In this document: positions 35,401 to 41,847 of the stretch, piece by piece
Numbering within the stretch: the first letter of the stretch is position 1
How the letters are laid out: every line of letters begins with the position of its first letter
NCBI GenBank assembly: GCA_020435005.1
Contig: JAGRAE010000002.1
Span: 1-56,529 of the forward strand
Source: Bdellovibrionales bacterium
GTDB lineage: Bacteria; Bdellovibrionota; Bdellovibrionia; Bdellovibrionales; UBA1609
Direction: 5' to 3'
DNA length: 56,529 nt
The notes under the pieces: model-generated
Told to the model about the DNA's origin: nothing
The model's input: the letters and a program-made list of their open reading frames with translations, nothing else
The model's database searches: none
Position numbers and translations under genes: made by a program

Positions 35401-36389
35401 TCTTTTAATGTGTTATGTTCTTCTCGTGCTAGAGTAAGCTCAGATAAAAGATTTTTTCGCTCCTCTTTTAATAAATTTTTTTCTTCTTCTAGTGGCTTTA
35501 TAGTGAGATCGCTTTGCTGCTTCAACTCATTATATTCTTCACTTTTTTGCTCTAACTGGTTTTGCAGCTCTAAAGCTAGGGCTTCTTTTGCTTTAAGTTG
35601 TTCATTAAGTTTTTCTAGATTTTCTAAATACTTTTTATTCTCAATATCAGTCTTAATTTTGCTAAGTTTGTCATTAAAGTTAAGTTCTAATTCTTGCTTC
35701 TGTTGTGTAATACTCAGACGAAGTTGCTTTACTTCATTCTCCTTTTGCAATGCTTCGTCTGCTAAGTCTCTAATTTCTCGCTTTAAGTCTTGAACTTGAG
35801 ACTCGTAGTTGGTGATGAGCTGTTTTTTGTGCTTGGCTTCGTTTTGGATTTTAAATATTTGATCTTCTAATAGACTGTTTTTCTCTGAAACTTCTTTCAA
35901 TGATTTTTTTGCCTGATTTTTTAATTGCTCATATTTTTTTAAAGTCTCTTCTCTTTCGTTTTTTACTTTGTCAATTATTGACCTCAGATTGTTAACACTT
36001 TCTTGCATATTCTTTATGTGTTGACTTTTCTGATTAAGAAGTTTTTCCTGCCTTTCAATTACAAGCTGGTGATTTATAATTTTTCCATTCTCTGAAGATA
36101 GTCCTCTGTTTAATTCATTTATTCTTTTGTACTCGTTCTGAATTTTTAATAGCTTTTGTGTTAACTCTTTTACTCGTGATGTATTGCTTTCGATAATTTT
36201 GTTTTGCTTGCTCAAAGTTAATTTGTTGCGCTGTATTTCTCTATATAGTTGTTCTTGCTCCACATCTAGACTTGTTCCTGTTGTGGGGGCACGACTTCTC
36301 ATATCTATAACTTTATTTTCATTTTGATTTTTCTCATCAAACTCTAATTTTTCTTCATTGCAAAAATTTAACTTATCAACGTCTTTCAT
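32496..36389 (-). CDS. 1297-aa cytoplasmic coiled-coil protein with proline-rich C-terminal tail
   Basis: No signal peptide or TM. Almost the whole length is K/E/L/N/Q-rich heptad-like sequence. It ends in IPLPPLPPRD. The ATG overlaps the stop of the upstream GYF gene (TAATG at 36387-36391). Confidence 0.75.
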   Translation of the reverse strand: MKDVDKLNFCNEEKLEFDEKNQNENKVIDMRSRAPTTGTSLDVEQEQLYREIQRNKLTLSKQNKIIESNTSRVKELTQKLLKIQNEYKRINELNRGLSSENGKIINHQLVIERQEKLLNQKSQHIKNMQESVNNLRSIIDKVKNEREETLKKYEQLKNQAKKSLKEVSEKNSLLEDQIFKIQNEAKHKKQLITNYESQVQDLKREIRDLADEALQKENEVKQLRLSITQQKQELELNFNDKLSKIKTDIENKKYLENLEKLNEQLKAKEALALELQNQLEQKSEEYNELKQQSDLTIKPLEEEKNLLKEERKNLLSELTLAREEHNTLKEIYDVLHVEHKQLKQSLIDVEKAKRALEVELKKINEENKTLNKELSSLKQLLNTTKSDLENKLKNTEADLEKQAEENDELKQALASRIESFNNEFLEKEKVIVEFKQKHSGLQNEIEDLKSSYKEKVQIMETQLNSNKLTLERIENENSSLVKEKQDLLSKMEEKTNNISKLELNINALRIELGSLKKDKINNESKYEQLISELRNEIKNYTIKINEKEEILNVNLQKVSTLEIENKKLSQEIDNITSKYSSTVCELEEEINSQKSKLEEQSISLIEIREKYDDVFREYNDLQKKHNNLLNNSQITIDEFEAQISNQESLISNQTSEILVLQKNYEKSTIELTQLRQTLNDKINTHQIKVNTLEDKISNQNEIISEKKNELVDLRSKHEKIREELSQLKSEYENVKQQTEREIKSLQARLSDQANVSKQRAMEVDALSEQLAEVQDKYNSSELKIFEYIEENRKISTQADEVRGDYLEKSRVLENEIVNLKYQIESLQEEANVAISEKKAFEEIVNQQKYEIIELKGKIEELEKNLKQERAKFKDINEELSLKNTKLEKRNNDLLEEAHRDKHFYSQQLTHLKNENTEIVEKYSKKIQSLQDQHHDKQTEIHNYYNEKITSYVSDYEDKINKISNILEEKINKQEMEFNQKYRWLEEKSQNELDEARALYKTEIDRLSGEYETQIAKFKSEQEEVYQSTQEAHTLKVQAVDIKAKEKIKEVIARYDKKIESIEADFLKTEKKIVQEKDEQIKVLQEQHQISLQKIRGKHKFELEETINKYKKRIDELTQSQMDLESANENTVKLKVNEAIGHKYSEIDGLKEEIKRLKATNEKLEDKLGVKNNHISQREKQLNLYTQSIDKEKQLIKEQAIAIINELKGLASLDPLKQYLKITEKEISKVEIDLGKSPLHSTDRPRLEEILENLVRQRDSLKIMVEDANSRVQLKIKSILKLVHSDTLIPLPPLPPRD
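32499..32528 (-). other. Proline-rich C-terminal tail IPLPPLPPRD of the coiled-coil protein
   Basis: Direct translation of the last 10 codons. This is the only Pro-rich stretch in an otherwise helical protein. Confidence 0.8.
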
Positions 36390-37711
36390 TACATTTCCTT
36401 TCTAGGAGGCATTCCGCTAGAGTTTATAAACTGACTTTTCATATGATCTAATTTTTTACGAGTACTAGAAATTTTTTCTTCTATGGCTTTGTAATAATCC
36501 TTAATAACATCATTTTTTTTATCTTCGCTATTCTGATATTGATTTAATTCAACCAATCTTTGCCCGATTTCTCGCATATTCATATAAAGTTGGTTGTAGT
36601 ATAGCTTATTAAAAAATTCAGGATTATCGAGCTCTTGAAAAGCATCCATAATCGGTTTTTGTAAACCCATCCATTCTTTGCTATATTGTGTCCAGCGATA
36701 TCCATACAACTTTCTATAGTTTGTAATTGCGCTTTTTAGCTGGCTTTCGAGTGCTTCTATGATTTGAGTTAACTCGATTAGCTCTGTGTTGGCACTTTCT
36801 CTAAGCTCTGCATGATAGACATTTAATTGACTTAGATAATTTACATCTTGGGGGCTAACGCCATTAAACATCTGATTGCTGAATATGTTCTTTTTGTCAA
36901 AAGTACAGCTTATGCAAGATACATCAATTTTATATTCACCCTGAGGTAATGGCTTGCCATTGGTTAGGAATAATTCTTCAACTTTAATAATATTATCAGT
37001 TAATTGCTTTTTAATCTGAAAGTTAACAGTATGTGCGCCAATTAAGGTTTCAGGAATGCCAGTTAGTTTTAAAAGCAAAGTTTCCCCAACTTCTATATTA
37101 GTGCCAATAAAAATTATTGGGCGTGCACTACCACTAGACTTAAGCAGTAAATGGAGTTTTGGCCCTGAAAACAGCAGACTTTTGCCAGGCGCACTCTCTA
37201 AGTATTTCATATCTTTACTATTTAACTCGGGAAATGAATAACTCGGTTTCTTCGAACCAAATAAGCTTACAGCTATTATGAAAACAAATAAAAGCGCACT
37301 ACCAATTTGAAAGTTCCGGTTGGCTTTAAATTCTTCAAATAATAACTTCCACCAGGGTGTTGATAAAGGCTCTGAGACATCCGTTGAATTTGATTCAACG
37401 TTGTTATTCAAAGCTTTATTTATATTTTCTACTTTTATGTCTTCCAGAAATATAGGTTTATTTCTATTGATAAATCTTAAATCTAGCCTTAGCTTACTTT
37501 CAAACTCATCATCAGTTAAGTCTTTATCTGCAATGTTTGCATAAGCTCTAAATGATTCTATTTCTCCTATTTTCGTCCACTCGTTCATGCCCGGTTGCCA
37601 AAAATAATGTCGTGTCGAAATGAGTCCCTGCGAAATTAGATCTTTAATCTCATCAAAACACAAAGGTCCATAGTGTTTATTTGTTCTATAAATAAATCCT
37701 TTTTCTTCCAT
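36389..37711 (-). CDS. GYF_2-domain membrane protein (cytoplasmic GYF, one TM, ~290-aa C-terminal domain)
   Basis: N-terminal FIYRTNKHYGPLCFDEIKDLISQGLISTRHYFWQPGMNEWTKIGEIESF matches the bacterial GYF_2 (DUF4339) pattern W/F.Y...G...GP.....L......G.I.....W..GM..W. TM helix FQIGSALLFVFIIAVSLFG at about residues 134-152. Confidence 0.7.
   Translation of the reverse strand: MEEKGFIYRTNKHYGPLCFDEIKDLISQGLISTRHYFWQPGMNEWTKIGEIESFRAYANIADKDLTDDEFESKLRLDLRFINRNKPIFLEDIKVENINKALNNNVESNSTDVSEPLSTPWWKLLFEEFKANRNFQIGSALLFVFIIAVSLFGSKKPSYSFPELNSKDMKYLESAPGKSLLFSGPKLHLLLKSSGSARPIIFIGTNIEVGETLLLKLTGIPETLIGAHTVNFQIKKQLTDNIIKVEELFLTNGKPLPQGEYKIDVSCISCTFDKKNIFSNQMFNGVSPQDVNYLSQLNVYHAELRESANTELIELTQIIEALESQLKSAITNYRKLYGYRWTQYSKEWMGLQKPIMDAFQELDNPEFFNKLYYNQLYMNMREIGQRLVELNQYQNSEDKKNDVIKDYYKAIEEKISSTRKKLDHMKSQFINSSGMPPRKEM
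37550..37696 (-). other. GYF_2-like domain coding segment
   Basis: Residues 6-54 of the 440-aa ORF; see the parent CDS. Confidence 0.65.
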
Positions 37712-37823
37712 ATCATTATTAGATTACACGAGTATCTTATATTAAAAAAACATTCTCTAAAAACTGTTATGACTAAGATATTAGTTTTTATTAAATACTG
37801 ATCTAAAGCCAGTATGAACTGGA

Positions 37824-37851
37824 CTTTATTCTGCGATTATTTTTCCGATAA
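37824..37851 (+). promoter_or_regulatory. Promoter-like motif CTTTATT-N13-TCCGATAA (sigma-28-type -10) upstream of motA
   Basis: The -10 half matches GCCGATAA at 7/8 and lies 28 nt upstream of the SD-supported ATG at 37880. The upstream half and spacing are the same as at the lon site (49891). The upstream half is not the canonical TAAA box. Confidence 0.35.
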
Positions 37852-37879
37852 CTATTCTGGACTACTAAAAGGAGATTGC

Positions 37880-38674
37880 ATGAATTTATCACCACTTTTT
37901 GGTTTATTTTTGGCCATTAGCACGGTACTTGCAACTATCTTCATGTCTACAAAAACACCACTTGTTTTTTTAGATTCACATGCTGCTGTAATTGTTATTG
38001 GTGGGACTACTGCCGCAGCCCTATTGAGTTTCTCCGGCAAGAGCATGCTAGTTATGTTGAAAGTATTTTTTGGTCGCGTGTTAAAAGGTACTCTAAATCG
38101 CTATGAAGAAGTCATTAATGAGATTGTTGAATTATCTAGAGGTTATAGGGACAACCCCAATTATTTAATAGAAAACGTTGAACAAATAAAAACACCCTTC
38201 CTTAAAGAAGCTATAGAACTCACTAACGCCGGTGGTTTATCACCCAAAGATATAGATGTTGTTTTAATGAAAAGAGCTCATACCCACTATAAACGATACG
38301 AAGAAGACTCACATATGTTTGCTACTCTTGCAAAATTCCCCCCAGCTTTTGGGTTGTTAGGAGCCGTTATTGGTATGATAACTCTTATGCAAGGTCTAGG
38401 TGGAGCAGATGCCATAAAAACAGTTGGACCTGCCATGGCCGTTGCACTTGTTGCAACAATGTATGGTATTGCTATAGCCAACTTTATTTTTATCCCATTG
38501 GGTGAAAATTTAGCTAAGTATAACAAAGCTGACAAAATTATAAGACAAATGGTTATTGATGGTGTGAAGCTAATAAGAGCTAAAAAACATCCTCTTGTGG
38601 TTGAAGAAAATATCAAGAGTTATTTAATTGCATCAGAAAGACAGGCTATTGAACACAATAAAGATGCGGCTTAA
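37880..38674 (+). CDS. motA: MotA/PomA-type stator channel protein (MotA/TolQ/ExbB family)
   Basis: Four predicted TMs with a ~100-aa cytoplasmic loop between TM2 and TM3, which is the MotA topology rather than TolQ/ExbB. C-terminal core: PPAFGLLGAVIGMITLM...MAVALVATMYGIAIANFIFIPL. I prefer the ATG at 37880 (SD AAAGGAG, 5-nt spacing) over the track start at 37814. Confidence 0.8.
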   Translation: MNLSPLFGLFLAISTVLATIFMSTKTPLVFLDSHAAVIVIGGTTAAALLSFSGKSMLVMLKVFFGRVLKGTLNRYEEVINEIVELSRGYRDNPNYLIENVEQIKTPFLKEAIELTNAGGLSPKDIDVVLMKRAHTHYKRYEEDSHMFATLAKFPPAFGLLGAVIGMITLMQGLGGADAIKTVGPAMAVALVATMYGIAIANFIFIPLGENLAKYNKADKIIRQMVIDGVKLIRAKKHPLVVEENIKSYLIASERQAIEHNKDAA

Positions 38675-38683
38675 GGAAATTTA

Positions 38684-39415
38684 ATGTCAACGGCAGAAAA
38701 ATTAAAGCCAGAAGAAGCATTTGAAGAAGAAGACGAAGTCATTGAAATTATTGATTTCGATGAAGGAGCAAAGGGACACGAAGATTCTGAAGGCATCTGG
38801 CTTCTCTCATATGCCGATATGATGACTCTCTTAATGGGCTTTTTTGCATTGTTAACGTCTATGGCCTCATTTGAAACGGAGAAGTTCGCTCAAGTTGGTA
38901 GTCAAACAGCAGAATACTTTGGTGGCGTAGTTGATAAAACCATGGAACAACTTGGCGATGAAATCTCTGAGGTTATCAAAGCAAAGGGTCTAGATGCTCA
39001 AGTGAAGGTTGAAAGAACATCTTCACAAGTTAGCATTACCTTTGAAGGAACTTTATTTTTTGAGTTAGGTTCCGTAGCACTAAAGGAGACAGCACAAGAT
39101 TTGATGTCTGAAATAATTAACATTCTTGGTGAAAAAGCACCCAACCACAAGTTTCTTATTGAGGGGCATACCGATGATTTGCCAATGAGTAAAGGATTAA
39201 TTGCCAGCAACTGGGAGTTGTCATCTCTTCGTTCAGCGGCTGTCGCTCGACTTTTTGAGAAAAAAGGCTTTGCTAGAAAACAAATTATGACCATTGGTTG
39301 GGGGGAAACAAGACCCCTAGTAAGTAATCGTGATAATACTGGACAAGCAATTAAAGAAAATCAGGCAAAAAATAGGCGAGTTGTTTTAAAGATATTAAAC
39401 CATCATCCATTATAA
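38684..39415 (+). CDS. motB: MotB-type stator protein with OmpA-like peptidoglycan-binding domain
   Basis: TM segment WLLSYADMMTLLMGFFALL carries the conserved Asp. C-terminal OmpA-like motifs: GHTDDLP...SNWELSSLRSAAVARLF...NRRVVLKI. It starts 9 nt after motA. Confidence 0.82.
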   Translation: MSTAEKLKPEEAFEEEDEVIEIIDFDEGAKGHEDSEGIWLLSYADMMTLLMGFFALLTSMASFETEKFAQVGSQTAEYFGGVVDKTMEQLGDEISEVIKAKGLDAQVKVERTSSQVSITFEGTLFFELGSVALKETAQDLMSEIINILGEKAPNHKFLIEGHTDDLPMSKGLIASNWELSSLRSAAVARLFEKKGFARKQIMTIGWGETRPLVSNRDNTGQAIKENQAKNRRVVLKILNHHPL

Positions 39416-39416
39416 A

Positions 39417-40154
39417 TTAAGTTTCTATCTTTGATCGCTTAGCAAAAAAGCGAACCATAAACACTGAAAGTTCGTAAAGTAATAGCATTGGTATCATCAT
39501 CAGGATCATACTAATGACATCAGGTGGTGTAAACATTGCCGACATCAAAGCTAAAATAACTATTGCATATCGCCGCTTCGATGACAAAAACTCGGCATCT
39601 ATAATACCCATCATTCCCAAAATAGTGAGTATCAACGGCATTTCAAATGTGAGACCAAAAACGAGTGTTGTGGTGGTAAAAAAAGATAAATAAGACTCTA
39701 TGGTGATCATTGGTTTGTCTGTCTCGCCACCAAATAACATTAAAAAATTAAAGGCCATTGGGTAAACTACATAATAGACAAATGATACTCCAGTTAAAAA
39801 CAAGATGGTTCCAAAAGTAATGAAGCTAAGACCAAATTTTTTCTCATTTTTATAAAGTCCGGGAGCAACAAACAACCAAACTTGATATATCCAAAGCGGA
39901 CAGGACAAAATAATGCTGGCGATTAAAGAAACCTTGATGTGCGCTAAAAACTTATCCATTGGGGCAGTAAAGACTAATCCACCCTCAGGTAAAAAGGGTT
40001 CAATTGGCGCTCGAATAAAATCAAATATATGATTACTAAAATACCACGCCACAAAAAAACCTACAAAGACTATTCCTATGATGTTTAATAGTCGTTTTCG
40101 CAGCTCTGTTAAGTGGCTGATGAGAGTTTCATTGCCCTCGAGAACATCACCCAC
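39417..40154 (-). CDS. tatC: Twin-arginine translocase subunit TatC
   Basis: 245 aa, six TM segments, and an N-terminal HLTELRKRL motif typical of TatC. Confidence 0.88.
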   Translation of the reverse strand: MGDVLEGNETLISHLTELRKRLLNIIGIVFVGFFVAWYFSNHIFDFIRAPIEPFLPEGGLVFTAPMDKFLAHIKVSLIASIILSCPLWIYQVWLFVAPGLYKNEKKFGLSFITFGTILFLTGVSFVYYVVYPMAFNFLMLFGGETDKPMITIESYLSFFTTTTLVFGLTFEMPLILTILGMMGIIDAEFLSSKRRYAIVILALMSAMFTPPDVISMILMMIPMLLLYELSVFMVRFFAKRSKIET

Positions 40155-40156
40155 AG

Positions 40157-40558
40157 TTAACTCTCTTCCTTTTTAGTTTTATTAGCAAAACCCTCATGTG
40201 CTGGCTCATCATTATTTACATTTATAGACTTGCTTGCTTGCCCCTCTACAATGTGGTTAGGATTATCAACATGTCCCGTCTTTAGAGGTTGTGGCTTTTC
40301 CTCTTCAATATCACCTAACTGTTGTGCCTTTTTTTTAACCCAATCTTCTGTGTCATGAGCTACTGATGTTAATTCTTTAGCAACATTCTTAAGTTCCTCA
40401 ACCTCTGTAAAATTCTTTCTAAAATCGGTGGTGGCTCTTTTTAGTTCATTAACAAATCTTGCTAAATTCCTTGCCAGCTCTGGCAACTGTTTGGGCCCTA
40501 TAACAATTAGTGCTATTGCGCCCAATAATATAAGTTCTGACAATCCAAAGTTAAACAT
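40157..40558 (-). CDS. TatA/TatB-family translocase protein
   Basis: MFNFGLSELILLGAIALIVIGPKQLPELARNLARFV (TM plus amphipathic helix), followed by a charged tail. At 133 aa it could be TatB-like or a long TatA. Confidence 0.85.
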   Translation of the reverse strand: MFNFGLSELILLGAIALIVIGPKQLPELARNLARFVNELKRATTDFRKNFTEVEELKNVAKELTSVAHDTEDWVKKKAQQLGDIEEEKPQPLKTGHVDNPNHIVEGQASKSINVNNDEPAHEGFANKTKKEES

Positions 40559-40597
40559 ATGCCCTAGCTTACGACAGTCTGTTATATTTGGACAAGT

Positions 40598-41197
40598 TTA
40601 TTGTTCGGTTTTCTTGGTTTCGGTAGGAATTAAGCCTTTTTCGAGAAGTTGTTCTTTAGCCAACTCAGAGCCTGTAGTTATGTATCTATCATAAAGTCTC
40701 AATAAATCTTCATTAGACTGAACTAGCGACTTCTGGCTTATCAAAGTTAAAACATCTACAAAATCTAAAAATTTTACAGATATTTCCTCGTAGACCCTAG
40801 AGTATAGATTTTCATGTGATTCAGTCGCTAAGCAGTCATAGGCTCTTCCACCAATTTCTGCGTAATAATCAATATCGACAACTTTGCGTTTCAAAGAGTC
40901 TCCAAAAAAACCACTAATATAAAGACTCAAGTCACCTAGCTTTTTTAACTTTTCAAATTTAATTTTTTGGGACTCTTCCTGCATAGCTTTTAAATACATT
41001 TCTGCAAGGGTGTTTTCGATCTCTAAATTCTTTGAGTAAATATAAGATTGGAGTAAATCGACGAGATATTTGGATACTAAAGGCAAAGTTGTAAGCTTCC
41101 TCCGGTTCATGGCTTCACTTACCATCTCCGAAAAAAAACTGTTCAAGTCTAGAATGACTGTTTTTGTTGAACCCGTCATCAATTTATATTCTAACAA
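40598..41197 (-). CDS. Hypothetical cytoplasmic helical protein
   Basis: 199-aa ORF co-oriented with the tat genes. No motif recognised. Confidence 0.4.
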   Translation of the reverse strand: MLEYKLMTGSTKTVILDLNSFFSEMVSEAMNRRKLTTLPLVSKYLVDLLQSYIYSKNLEIENTLAEMYLKAMQEESQKIKFEKLKKLGDLSLYISGFFGDSLKRKVVDIDYYAEIGGRAYDCLATESHENLYSRVYEEISVKFLDFVDVLTLISQKSLVQSNEDLLRLYDRYITTGSELAKEQLLEKGLIPTETKKTEQ

Positions 41198-41322
41198 AAA
41201 AATTTGATTTTTGATTTTTTAAATCGAATTTGCACGACAAAAGACTGAAAATGTATCACTTTGAATCAGTATTCATAATCGAGATTTATATTTAAGATAA
41301 AAAGAATTTAAAGCAAGGCTCT

Positions 41323-41838
41323 TTAGCTTTCAATAAACTTTACTTTTCCAAGGAATGAAAAGTATTTTTCTTTAATTGTGTCTAACACTAATTCTTCACC
41401 ATCTTGAGTATCAATTTCTTCTTGGATTTTTACCCAACCCTCTTGTCCATCTTTTTCTGGTTCAAAATCTTTACCTTTTATTAAAAGAATTTTTCTCTCC
41501 TGAGCAGAATCTTCTATATAGTAATTTGCATAAATCGACTCAACACTACAGTTATCACTTATAAAGCCTTTAACCATATTGAATTGAGATACTAAGCTTG
41601 GAACACAATTAATTAACCTTACCTGGGTTGAAACCGGAACTTTATCACTCTTAAACCACTCCATCCACAGTCTTATACCGAGGGAGTTTATAAAAGATGT
41701 TTCTTCAAAGTCTAAAACAACTTCTCTATAGGGACTAAGGTCTAGAGAAAACAATTCGCTAGTTTCACTTATAAAGCCTTTTATTTTGACAACAAGCTTG
41801 TCGCCTTCTACCGTTGTGACAATCTCAGATGTTTCCAT
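41323..41838 (-). CDS. Hypothetical protein with STAS-like (anti-sigma antagonist-like) N-terminal half
   Basis: LVVKIKGFISE...VVLDFEETSFINSLGIRLWMEW resembles the STAS fold pattern. Weak call. Confidence 0.35.
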   Translation of the reverse strand: METSEIVTTVEGDKLVVKIKGFISETSELFSLDLSPYREVVLDFEETSFINSLGIRLWMEWFKSDKVPVSTQVRLINCVPSLVSQFNMVKGFISDNCSVESIYANYYIEDSAQERKILLIKGKDFEPEKDGQEGWVKIQEEIDTQDGEELVLDTIKEKYFSFLGKVKFIES

Positions 41839-41847
41839 ATTTTTATT

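Noticed and set aside
35128-35793. 221-aa plus-strand ORF, the longest unexplained ORF in the track
   Set aside because: It lies entirely antisense to the 1297-aa coiled-coil gene. Its S/F/L/C-rich low-complexity translation is what the reverse complement of GAA/AAA/AAG/CTT-rich coiled-coil codons produces. It has no SD and no independent evidence.
37814-37879. Longer N-terminal extensions proposed by the ORF track (37814 for motA, 47291 for the LpoA-like gene, 49326 for the DksA-like gene, 49915 for lon)
   Set aside because: In each case a downstream in-frame ATG is preceded by a good SD and yields the expected N-terminus (TM1, lipoprotein signal, or Lon N-domain). The upstream starts lack an SD, and they overlap either a promoter-like motif (motA, lon) or the preceding J-protein gene (LpoA-like gene).
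38287-39294. Minus-strand ORFs 38287-38616 and 38998-39294
   Set aside because: Both are fully inside motA and motB, whose products carry clear family motifs. These are shadow ORFs.
37880-39415. Zorya-type anti-phage system (ZorAB are MotAB homologues)
   Set aside because: The MotA here is of ordinary size (~264 aa) and lacks the long C-terminal tail of ZorA. No ZorC/ZorD-like nuclease or helicase genes are adjacent, and the neighbouring coiled coil is a separate protein on the other strand.
8170-39415. Straight identification as a Myxococcus-type Agl-Glt gliding cluster or a Bacteroidetes Gld/T9SS-SprB system
   Set aside because: The motor here is MotA(4-TM)/MotB(OmpA-like), not TolQ/TolR-like AglRQS. 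I see no TonB-like GltG/J C-termini, no GldK/L/M/N or SprA-like genes, and no T9SS C-terminal domains. Only the general logic is similar, so I report it as an analogy, not an identification.
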